Shown here: positions 1 through 7,437 of the stretch, piece after piece
How the letters are laid out: each line of letters opens with the position of its first letter
How positions within the stretch are numbered: the stretch's first letter is position 1
IMG/VR virus record: IMGVR_UViG_3300005289_000016
Coordinates: 186,001-250,000 of that record
Direction: 5' to 3' (one strand)
Length of the DNA stretch: 64,000 nt
The notes under the pieces: model-generated
Databases searched by the model: none
What the model was told of the DNA's origin: nothing
The model's input: only the letters and a program-made list of their open reading frames with translations
Translations under genes and position numbers: made by a program

Positions 1-153
1 TCTGGTGAAGAGTTCGACTCTGCCAAGCACCTGATGAAAACCATCCAAGGGGCTGCTGGCATCTTCATTGACGCACTGCATACCGCAGATAGCATTGACC
101 AGCTCATTGACATCAACAATGAGTTCTACAAGATGGCCTGCACCAAATGCTGA
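1..153 (+). CDS. 3' end of a hypothetical protein (starts upstream of the window)
   Basis: Frame 1 is open from base 1 (SGEEFDSAKHLMKT...MACTKC) to TGA at 151-153 and is followed directly by a terminator hairpin. Confidence 0.65.
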   Translation, partial: SGEEFDSAKHLMKTIQGAAGIFIDALHTADSIDQLIDINNEFYKMACTKC

Positions 154-157
154 CATA

Positions 158-188
158 GAGCCCGGGGAATCCCCGGGCTCTTTTGCCG
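158..188 (+). terminator. intrinsic terminator
   Basis: GAGCCCGGGG-AAT-CCCCGGGCTC followed by TTTTGCCG. Confidence 0.8.
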
Positions 189-196
189 TCTCGATT

Positions 197-227
197 CGAT
201 TCGAAATATTTTCAACAATACATGATT
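197..227 (+). promoter_or_regulatory. putative phage (early-type) promoter, copy 1
   Basis: CGATTCGAAATATTTTCAACAATACATGATT; near-identical copies at 4624-4659 and 50399-50425, each between a terminator and a co-oriented run of small genes. Confidence 0.65.
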
Positions 228-264
228 CCGATGAATAACCTACCCTGATCATTGGAGATCAAAC

Positions 265-591
265 ATGAACCTGCTCGCTAAAGCTGTAGAATTGAAAGCC
301 GCTCAAGAAGCTGCTAAACCAGTTGAGAAAGTATCTCTGCTGGCCCGTATCAAAGCTTACTTCCGTAAGCGTGCTGGCAAGAAAGCATACGAGGCTCTGA
401 AACAAGCCAAGCGTGAAGAGAAAGCCCAACTGGCTCTCACCAACGCTGAACGTGCTGACTTGCTGGACAAAGAATCCGATGAGCTGATCATGCAGTCCAT
501 CGGCGTGAAAGACAAAGCCAAGGTTGACGAACTGATTGAACTGGCTACTGCCAAGTCGATCGAAGCCGCTTCCCTGCGCGTAGCATTTTAA
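265..591 (+). CDS. hypothetical protein, Ala/Lys-rich helical (108 aa)
   Basis: GGAGA RBS, phage-typical codon usage, first gene after the promoter motif. Confidence 0.8.
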   Translation: MNLLAKAVELKAAQEAAKPVEKVSLLARIKAYFRKRAGKKAYEALKQAKREEKAQLALTNAERADLLDKESDELIMQSIGVKDKAKVDELIELATAKSIEAASLRVAF

Positions 592-617
592 TCCCCCGGA
601 ACTGAAGGAGTTTCATC

Positions 618-1337
618 ATGGAAAAGCAAGTAGCCGTAATCGTTGGTGTTGGTGCTGTAGCCGCTGCTCTGGTTGGCGGTCTGGGTTGGAAGACTCTGAA
701 GAACCGCACTGGCAGTGACAAACTGTCCCAAGAGGCCATGGACCAGCGCAAAGAAGAACTGCGTGCTCGTCTGGCAAACAAGATCACCCAGCCTGTAGAA
801 GTACAGGTAGTTCACAAGGAAGCTGACCTCAGCACTCTGCGTGAAAGCGGTGTTCCAGTGTTGGCAAACATTGCCAGCCTGTTGGTCGAGACCACCGAAG
901 CACCAACCATGGATCAGGTGGTGCAAACCATCCTCCATGCAGAAACACCTAAGGACATCGTCGAGGTGATCGAAGGTGCTCACGGTGAGAAGGTCGTCAG
1001 CATCTCCCGTCCTCGGGCGGTGACTGCTCCTGTACAACCCGATCAGACTCCGATGTTCTGGAGTTCGTTCGTGACCAAATTGCGTCGTCCCGATGTCATC
1101 GAGATGTCTTCGAAGGACTTCGATACGCGCAATGGAGACTTGGCTCGTGGGTACCACAAATGCCGCGTGGATGGCGTTGATGGTGTTCTGCACGTGACCA
1201 AGTCCAACGTCTCTGCCGTGCTGCACATGGGCGGAGATGAGTTCACCGGCATCAGTACTTCGGGTAGTCGCTTCAATGGCAAAGGGTTGGTTAACCTGAA
1301 CCATGAGCAAGCGAAGAACTTCTTGACCGGTCGTTGA
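618..1337 (+). CDS. hypothetical protein with N-terminal membrane anchor (239 aa)
   Basis: AAGGAG RBS; hydrophobic N-terminus VAVIVGVGAVAAALVGGLGW followed by basic residues. Confidence 0.8.
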   Translation: MEKQVAVIVGVGAVAAALVGGLGWKTLKNRTGSDKLSQEAMDQRKEELRARLANKITQPVEVQVVHKEADLSTLRESGVPVLANIASLLVETTEAPTMDQVVQTILHAETPKDIVEVIEGAHGEKVVSISRPRAVTAPVQPDQTPMFWSSFVTKLRRPDVIEMSSKDFDTRNGDLARGYHKCRVDGVDGVLHVTKSNVSAVLHMGGDEFTGISTSGSRFNGKGLVNLNHEQAKNFLTGR

Positions 1338-1405
1338 TATACCGCCATAATGGCACTTCACCATAACCCGGGACTCTGAGGGTCCCACTTGCAAGAGGCT
1401 TTACC

Positions 1406-1777
1406 ATGCGTCCTTTGAAACAAGCAATCTACTCCAGCCGTACTGCTGACAAGTTCGTTGTTCGTCTGCCTGATGGCATGCGTGAACGTATCGCAGAGGT
1501 TGCTAGGGATCACCATCGCTCAATGAACAGCGAGATCATTGCTCGCTTAGAGAAGAGCCTGGACCTGCCGGACGCTGAAGTGTTTGAAGTAGAAGCCCCG
1601 GAGGGTTCCATCTGGAATCCTTCCCTTCACAACTTGGTTCGTACCAAGGGTGGACAAATGGGCACTATCACGGAGTTCCGTGAAGTGTACAACAAGACAG
1701 CCGTCATCCAGGCTAAATTGGATCATCTGCATTGGCATGATCTCGGTGACTTGAAGCCGGTGTTTGTCAAAGCGTAA
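1406..1777 (+). CDS. amrZ: AmrZ/AlgZ-like Arc-family ribbon-helix-helix transcription regulator with a divergent C-terminus
   Basis: N-terminal [52 protein letters not shown] closely matches the Pseudomonas AmrZ DNA-binding domain as I recall it. Confidence 0.88.
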   Translation: MRPLKQAIYSSRTADKFVVRLPDGMRERIAEVARDHHRSMNSEIIARLEKSLDLPDAEVFEVEAPEGSIWNPSLHNLVRTKGGQMGTITEFREVYNKTAVIQAKLDHLHWHDLGDLKPVFVKA

Positions 1778-1783
1778 CGGAAT

Positions 1784-1826
1784 AGATCAGGGACCTTCGG
1801 GTCCCTGATCTTTAGTTCCTTTTTTC
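1784..1826. terminator. bidirectional terminator between convergent genes
   Basis: 12-bp stem AGATCAGGGACC-TTCG-GGTCCCTGATCT plus a T-rich tract. Confidence 0.8.
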
Positions 1827-1830
1827 TTTG

Positions 1831-2298
1831 TTACCAACGCATGGTCGCTGACTTTCCTTTGACCGTGACCTTCTTGCCTTTGAGCCAGTCTTTCAGATCC
1901 ACCAACTCACAGCTATCAATCATCTTCGAGCCAATGACCGACTTGGTCTTGTACTCGTTGCTCATGCCGTTGTGCAGGTTGTCCACCTTGACCCACATGG
2001 TCTGATCCCAGTCGATCTTGTAGAGGTAGACTTGCAGGCTTTGCAGTTCACGCTCAGACGGCAACGGACCATCGATGGTGATGGTGATCTCATTGCTCGC
2101 CGATTGGAACCGGGACAGATCCCAGTGTTTCTCGATGACTGAGGCAAAGCCCTGAGCAATGGCTTCTTCCATTAACGTCGTGGCGTACAACCATTCGTTG
2201 GATTCGGTCTTGTCCCACTTCTGCAACTCACCAGAGTGCATGATCCCGGGCTTGAGTTCGGGGTGCTTGTAGCCAGATCCATGGTACAGGTGGGACAT
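1831..2298 (-). CDS. hypothetical protein (155 aa, start MSHLYHGSGY)
   Basis: Internal ATG of the 188-aa track ORF; begins with an LYHGS motif seen in several phage proteins; converges on the terminator. Confidence 0.7.
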   Translation of the reverse strand: MSHLYHGSGYKHPELKPGIMHSGELQKWDKTESNEWLYATTLMEEAIAQGFASVIEKHWDLSRFQSASNEITITIDGPLPSERELQSLQVYLYKIDWDQTMWVKVDNLHNGMSNEYKTKSVIGSKMIDSCELVDLKDWLKGKKVTVKGKSATMRW

Positions 2299-2361
2299 GT
2301 TGATCACCGTTAATAAAGATAAAGAGCTGAGATGGTGTAGAACTGGACAAGGTCTCACACC

Positions 2362-2877
2362 ATGAAAAAGTTGTTGGTATTCCGTGAAGGACTGCATCCA
2401 GACTCTCGGGAGTTGGAAGACTACCTATACGATAGCGAGGCCATTCGAGATGACTTCTTCGATTTAGCTGCCCGCGATGAACTAGGGGTCTACCACGGTC
2501 GCCTGTCCATGCACGCTACGTCGTGGGACGTGACATTTAAAGACGATGACAAGTTTGACTTCTGGCACATCGTCTGCGAGGGCTCTACAGGTTATGCGTT
2601 CGAGGAACCTGCCTTCATTGCCGCAATGGAATTCTTCAAACAAGAATGGCGTCAAGCCAAACTTGTGAACTGTCGTGCCGTACTACACAAGAACAATTAC
2701 ATGGTCAGTATCTACCGCCTCCCTAAGGCGATGTCGGAAGTGATGAGCATGGACCTCAAGAATCGCTTGGAGAGTTTTAAGGATGGGAAGTTCCATTATG
2801 AAACACCTGCGGATGCTCTTGGACCTCTTGCTGTTGCCGAGGAGGAGAGAGAAATTCAGGAAAGTGCTAAAGGCTAG
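2362..2877 (+). CDS. hypothetical protein (171 aa)
   Basis: ORF track; globular composition. Confidence 0.7.
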   Translation: MKKLLVFREGLHPDSRELEDYLYDSEAIRDDFFDLAARDELGVYHGRLSMHATSWDVTFKDDDKFDFWHIVCEGSTGYAFEEPAFIAAMEFFKQEWRQAKLVNCRAVLHKNNYMVSIYRLPKAMSEVMSMDLKNRLESFKDGKFHYETPADALGPLAVAEEEREIQESAKG

Positions 2878-3361
2878 CATCCACGCTACCTTGTTGGACA
2901 AACACACCTACTACGTCTTCTACAGCATCCGGAAGGGTCTGGGCGTTGAATACGCGCGTGCCATGCTGCGAGATTCCATGTACGACATGGTGCTGTCGAT
3001 GTACAAAGAGAAAGGCCTTGAGATGGCGTTCTACACGGACATCGCTCGAGATCTGTGTGAGTGGGGTGATCGCATTGAATTCCTCGGTCTGTATGAGCCG
3101 ACACCACAGCGTGAGAAGTTTGTCTTCTACCACGGCCAAGGGATTCCTGCCAAACGTCTCTACTTCCAATACGGTGACCACCTGTTCAATCGACTGGTTG
3201 ATTACCCGGGTGTACAGATGGAAATGAGCAACATCATGTTCGATGTCATTGATAACAAAGGGGCTCCGGGCCAAGAGCCAGTGATCCATGCCAACGGTCG
3301 TAGGACGGTCAGTATGTTCGTTCTGAGGACTGAGGAAACTCAGGATAGTATGAAGGACTGA
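2783..3361 (+). CDS. hypothetical protein (start uncertain: 2783, 2798 or 2813)
   Basis: ORF track; overlaps the previous gene by up to about 95 nt. Confidence 0.65.
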   Translation: MGSSIMKHLRMLLDLLLLPRRREKFRKVLKASIHATLLDKHTYYVFYSIRKGLGVEYARAMLRDSMYDMVLSMYKEKGLEMAFYTDIARDLCEWGDRIEFLGLYEPTPQREKFVFYHGQGIPAKRLYFQYGDHLFNRLVDYPGVQMEMSNIMFDVIDNKGAPGQEPVIHANGRRTVSMFVLRTEETQDSMKD

Positions 3362-3396
3362 TCAAAGTCCTCTGCCAACTATCTAAGGAATCCAAC

Positions 3397-3813
3397 ATGG
3401 CCGTCATTGACGAAACCAAGAAACCAGCCCAGAAGAAAGCAGCAGCCAAACCTGCGGCAAAGAAGCCAGCCGCTAAACCGGCTGCCAAGCCTCGTGCCAA
3501 GGTCGCTCCTGCCGACGGTATCAAGAAGACCCCAGTGGCTTCGATCACCGTTCCTCCTGCTGCTCAGGCCAAGCCTGCTGCGAAGAAGAAGCCAGCGGTC
3601 AAGCAACCCATCGCGAAACTGCCTCCTCGTCTGGCCAAGATCATCGAAGGCTTCGCCAAGGGCGGCGTGACTCGTTCTGAATCCCTGGGTGGCAAGATCA
3701 CCAAGGCTCAGAAAGAAGTCCTGAACAAAGAAGCTGCACGTCTGGGCGTGACCCCGGCTGCACTGGTGGCCGCACTGGTCATCAACTTCCTCGAAGCCTG
3801 CGCTGCCGAGTGA
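3397..3813 (+). CDS. Lys/Ala/Pro-rich histone-H1-like protein with a helical C-terminal domain
   Basis: AAGGA RBS; KKAAAKPAAKKPAAKPAAKP repeats; C-terminal LNKEAARLGVTPAALVAALV resembles RHH helices. Confidence 0.75.
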   Translation: MAVIDETKKPAQKKAAAKPAAKKPAAKPAAKPRAKVAPADGIKKTPVASITVPPAAQAKPAAKKKPAVKQPIAKLPPRLAKIIEGFAKGGVTRSESLGGKITKAQKEVLNKEAARLGVTPAALVAALVINFLEACAAE

Positions 3814-3820
3814 TGTGCCT

Positions 3821-3848
3821 GGGGAGAGCTTCGGCTCTCCCCTTTATG
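3821..3848 (+). terminator. intrinsic terminator
   Basis: GGGGAGAGC-TTCG-GCTCTCCCC then TTTATG. Confidence 0.7.
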
Positions 3849-3858
3849 AGGAGATACC

Positions 3859-4362
3859 ATGAGCAAGCTATTATCACTGAGTAGCCTGAAGTGGCTAATC
3901 GCCATCGGCATTCTGCTTGCCGGTCTGGCGTACTGGATCAACTGGTCTTTGGACATGAACACTCAGGTGGCCGACCAGAAGACCACCATCGAGCAACGTG
4001 ACGAAACCATCGCTAGTCTGCGTACCGAGATCGAAACGTACACCTCCAATAAGAAACAGAACAAGATGTGGTTTGATGCGCTGGAAGACGCGCAAGTAGA
4101 CCTTCTCTGTGCTGCCCGTACAGGCACGCCAGTGCCGACCCCTGACGTTCCCCAGGTACAGATCAAAGAAGTGATCCAGTACCGCGACAGGGTCTCTCAA
4201 TGCCCCACTACCGACATCACCAAGGCAGAAGTCTTTGACCCCAAGGTTTCTGAACTGCGCCCTGTGAATGATGAGATCGCATTGCAAGCTTTGAACAATG
4301 CCTGGAAGGCGTTCTGCAAGGCTGACAACAATGAGGATGAGACATGCGCGCCCTTTCGTTGA
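3859..4362 (+). CDS. inner-membrane spanin (Rz-like)
   Basis: Single N-terminal TM helix, coiled-coil periplasmic domain, immediately overlapped by a lipoprotein gene. Confidence 0.72.
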   Translation: MSKLLSLSSLKWLIAIGILLAGLAYWINWSLDMNTQVADQKTTIEQRDETIASLRTEIETYTSNKKQNKMWFDALEDAQVDLLCAARTGTPVPTPDVPQVQIKEVIQYRDRVSQCPTTDITKAEVFDPKVSELRPVNDEIALQALNNAWKAFCKADNNEDETCAPFR

Positions 4363-4589
4363 CGCTCTTGTTTGCTGTGTTCTTCCTGCAAGGATGTGGC
4401 AATCGACAGTACCAAGCAGTGCCTCGCTGTGAACCCAGTAATCCACCCAAGGGCGAACAGTACACCAAAGGCACCCCGGATGAGAAGTTGGTCCTGATGA
4501 CCACTGCCTACATCCGCCAGACCCAAGTAGTCACCGACTGCAATGACAGCATCCGTCTGATCAACGCGGCTAACAAAGCAGTCAAGTAA
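4344..4589 (+). CDS. outer-membrane spanin lipoprotein (Rz1-like)
   Basis: Signal peptide ending in lipobox LQGC; short Pro-containing mature part; overlaps the 3' end of the i-spanin. Confidence 0.75.
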   Translation: MRALSLTLLFAVFFLQGCGNRQYQAVPRCEPSNPPKGEQYTKGTPDEKLVLMTTAYIRQTQVVTDCNDSIRLINAANKAVK

Positions 4590-4594
4590 ATACT

Positions 4595-4625
4595 GGCGAG
4601 GGCTTCGGCTCTCGCCTTTATGCCG
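4595..4625 (+). terminator. intrinsic terminator
   Basis: GGCGAGGGC-TTCG-GCTCTCGCC then TTTATGCCG. Confidence 0.78.
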
Positions 4626-4659
4626 ATTCGATTGAACTTTATTTCAACAATACATGATT
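4624..4659 (+). promoter_or_regulatory. putative phage promoter, copy 2
   Basis: CGATTCGATTGAACTTTATTTCAACAATACATGATT; shares an 18-bp core with 210-227. Confidence 0.65.
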
Positions 4660-4698
4660 GCGGTGTATCAACCCTAACCTAGTAATAAGGATCGCATC

Positions 4699-4878
4699 AT
4701 GTCTGAGAACAACACCGCTGCAACGGTTATCACCGTCGGCATTGTGGGTCTGATTGGCTTTAAGTGCTATCGGAACTACAAACGCCGTAAAGAAGAAGAA
4801 GCGAAGATGATTAAAGTTCGTGCCACTGTGGCGAACATGATCAAGGACGTTCCCGGCTACAACAAACCATCTCGCTAA
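4699..4878 (+). CDS. small membrane-anchored protein (59 aa, not in the ORF track)
   Basis: Manual translation MSENNTAATVITVGIVGLIGFKCYRNYKRRKEEEAKMIKVRATVANMIKDVPGYNKPSR; AAGGA RBS; first gene after the promoter motif. Confidence 0.75.
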   Translation: MSENNTAATVITVGIVGLIGFKCYRNYKRRKEEEAKMIKVRATVANMIKDVPGYNKPSR

Positions 4879-4888
4879 GGAGATAGCA

Positions 4889-5251
4889 ATGTACATCGAC
4901 GCCATCGTCGCAGTGTTCGCTCCAGCTCTTCGGATCTGGACCAGTCACGCCAGCCTGCTGAGCAGCTACGTGTCCACGCAGAACTTCGCGGTGGCCATTG
5001 AACTTATCCAAGGCTTTGTTACCACGATCAACGTGGTGGACATAAAGGGAACCGTCCTGCACACCGAGCAGATCGAATTCCCTTTTGAAAGCCTGCGCTG
5101 GTACGCAGAGACCCTGCAAGGTATTCCGATCTTTTCGTTGAAGCATGAGCTTCAGCCGGAGTACCGTGCCAAGGTCATCATCGAGCAAGCAAAGATTATC
5201 CTGTCCGTCGATTGGGCAGAGAATCCTGCTGACAAAAGCAAGTTGCAATAA
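4889..5251 (+). CDS. hypothetical protein (120 aa)
   Basis: AAGGAGA RBS; ORF track. Confidence 0.75.
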   Translation: MYIDAIVAVFAPALRIWTSHASLLSSYVSTQNFAVAIELIQGFVTTINVVDIKGTVLHTEQIEFPFESLRWYAETLQGIPIFSLKHELQPEYRAKVIIEQAKIILSVDWAENPADKSKLQ

Positions 5252-5282
5252 CCTACCCTATCCCCATGCTAAGGAGCATGTC

Positions 5283-5939
5283 ATGACTTACACTATCATC
5301 GTTGATTCCCGCGAAGTTGCAGAAGCTCAGGCTAACACCCGTGAGCCGTTTAAAGACCTGTTCGTCACTCGCCTCCCAAGCGAATGTGAAGAGGTTGGTT
5401 ACGAGCGTGTCGATGACATGCTGATCGTGAAGTACGAAGAGAACGAAGATGGTCGCATGGCCATCACCGCTCAGATGCCGTACGACCTTCACGATCACCT
5501 GCCTCGCATCTTCGGCGTTATCCTGAAGCTGCATTACGGTGTGACCAAGATCAAGCTGGGCAACAAGATCCACCGCATCGATGTCCTCGTGAACGCGCCG
5601 TTAGGCGTGTACTTCAATGAGGCCATCATAGGTGGTCGTGCACTGAAACATGAAACAACCGGCACTGTATTTACCCGTGGTGGAGATACATACGCCGCTG
5701 TAACGGACGTCACCCTGAAGATCCTTAACGAGCGTTTCGTTAAGAAAGGCACTGGCGTCTTTATCCCTGATACCTACCTGGTCCGCTTCGTTGTGAATGG
5801 CCGGTATGTGTATCAGCCAATGTCTCGTCTGTTCAACGATGTTGATGTGGCTAGCAGCTTCAATGCCGCCATCACCAAAGAAGAATGGGCTGAGAAGAAT
5901 CAAGAAGTAATCAACAGCCTGGGAGATCCCACCAAATGA
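5283..5939 (+). CDS. hypothetical protein (218 aa, start MTYTIIV)
   Basis: AAGGAG RBS before the ATG at 5283. Confidence 0.75.
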   Translation: MTYTIIVDSREVAEAQANTREPFKDLFVTRLPSECEEVGYERVDDMLIVKYEENEDGRMAITAQMPYDLHDHLPRIFGVILKLHYGVTKIKLGNKIHRIDVLVNAPLGVYFNEAIIGGRALKHETTGTVFTRGGDTYAAVTDVTLKILNERFVKKGTGVFIPDTYLVRFVVNGRYVYQPMSRLFNDVDVASSFNAAITKEEWAEKNQEVINSLGDPTK

Positions 5940-6241
5940 TCCAAGTATATCACGAAGAGAACGGCCTGATCTTCCGTAAGCACGAGGCCGACACCGGGAT
6001 CAGCTACATCGCTGTTCCCATCGAAGAACTGGAACCAGAGGAGCCCTTGAAAGGCCTTCTGGTTCGTCACGGTAATCCGCACACAGGACAGTGTGGTTAC
6101 TACCCGCTGTCCTTACTGCTTACCACTCCTGACAAACGTTACGAGATCGCCAGCAAACAACACAAACGTCCACCAAACGAAAACTGGGTACAACGTATCC
6201 TGTCCGACCTGAAATGTGAAGGCTTGAAACTGGTTCACTGA
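5936..6241 (+). CDS. hypothetical protein (101 aa)
   Basis: ATGA overlap with the previous stop codon. Confidence 0.7.
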   Translation: MIQVYHEENGLIFRKHEADTGISYIAVPIEELEPEEPLKGLLVRHGNPHTGQCGYYPLSLLLTTPDKRYEIASKQHKRPPNENWVQRILSDLKCEGLKLVH

Positions 6242-6290
6242 CGGCATAAGGAGAGGACCCCATGGGGTCCTCTCCAGTGCTTTCTTTTTT
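6242..6290. terminator. bidirectional terminator
   Basis: CGGCATA, then GGAGAGGACCCC-AT-GGGGTCCTCTCC and a T tract, between convergent genes. Confidence 0.78.
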
Positions 6291-6292
6291 CT

Positions 6293-7399
6293 TTATTTGA
6301 CCGAACGGTCGATGTACTTGATGATTGCCACAGCCGTCTTATAACGCTCGAGCATATCGATGATGCCCCAGGTCCACTTCTCAGGATCGCCTTGGAAGTA
6401 GAAACGGTCGTAGAAATCTTCGTACAGGCTGTAGTCCGACTCGTAGATCCACGCACTGAACTCAGAGCCGTCTTCGAAGTCCAGCCAGGATAGGTCGCGC
6501 AGAAGTTTTACCGACGGGTCCCACTCTCGGTCCGACAACATCTCTTTGACCAGTTTGGCACCGTACAGGACATCTTCCTTGCTCAATGCAGGTAGGGTGG
6601 CCTGTGGCTTGACTTCCGGGATGGGCTTGGTATCCACATACCCGTTTTCATCAATAAAGATGTTGAGGTTCTTGATACTGGACGTCCCCATCTTTGGAAG
6701 CTTGGGTACCGGATCAGGGATCTTGTTCAGTTCCTCAACTGCTTTACGTACGACTTCCAGCGCGCCTTCGTCACCTTCTTCCTTGCCTTTGACAGCGGCA
6801 TGGCAACGCTTTTCGATAGCCTGGACTTGGTTGTCCATTGACTTGAGTACCTGACCCCATGCACGACAGAACTTATCTACCGAATCATGGGCGACCTTGA
6901 TATTCAGTAGCGCGCCTTTGCCGATGGTGTTGTTGACCGTGAAGTATGGGCTGATATCAGAGGCTGGAACATCACCTTCCACGAACTTCTGCTTGTCAAG
7001 CCATGAGGAACTGAGGTAGGTCTTCTCGAGTTCTTTGAGGAACTTGGCGATTTCGTTACGGTGCTCCTGATTCCATTTCTCTTCTTCGGGAATGGATTTT
7101 GGTTTACCCTTCTTGCCAAAGATAGTGGAGATGACGCTGCCAAGACTTTCCATGGCTGGTCGCTCGCCTTCAGGCAACAGACCACTTACCAACTGCACCA
7201 CGCCTTCTTGCGCAGCAATGTTCTCTGGCATATCGCGACTGATCTGGATAGCCAGAGAGCGAGCTTTATGCAGGGCCTCGTTACGGCATTCGTCACGCCG
7301 GTTGATCTCTTCGATCGACTCGAGTGACGCCAGAAGACCCTTACTGACTTGTCGAGCATCTGATACGATGTATTGACTGAGGATGTTGTGTTTCATCAT
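6293..7399 (-). CDS. probable virion head protein (proteolytically processed type)
   Basis: N-terminal ASLES, AAQEG and AMESL motifs match the S/A/G-x-E cleavage sites of phiKZ-type prohead protease substrates; start 7399 or 7396. Confidence 0.6.
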   Translation of the reverse strand: MMKHNILSQYIVSDARQVSKGLLASLESIEEINRRDECRNEALHKARSLAIQISRDMPENIAAQEGVVQLVSGLLPEGERPAMESLGSVISTIFGKKGKPKSIPEEEKWNQEHRNEIAKFLKELEKTYLSSSWLDKQKFVEGDVPASDISPYFTVNNTIGKGALLNIKVAHDSVDKFCRAWGQVLKSMDNQVQAIEKRCHAAVKGKEEGDEGALEVVRKAVEELNKIPDPVPKLPKMGTSSIKNLNIFIDENGYVDTKPIPEVKPQATLPALSKEDVLYGAKLVKEMLSDREWDPSVKLLRDLSWLDFEDGSEFSAWIYESDYSLYEDFYDRFYFQGDPEKWTWGIIDMLERYKTAVAIIKYIDRSVK

Positions 7400-7437
7400 C
7401 GATCCTTAAAAGGTGGGGACCCGAAGGCCCCCGGTAG

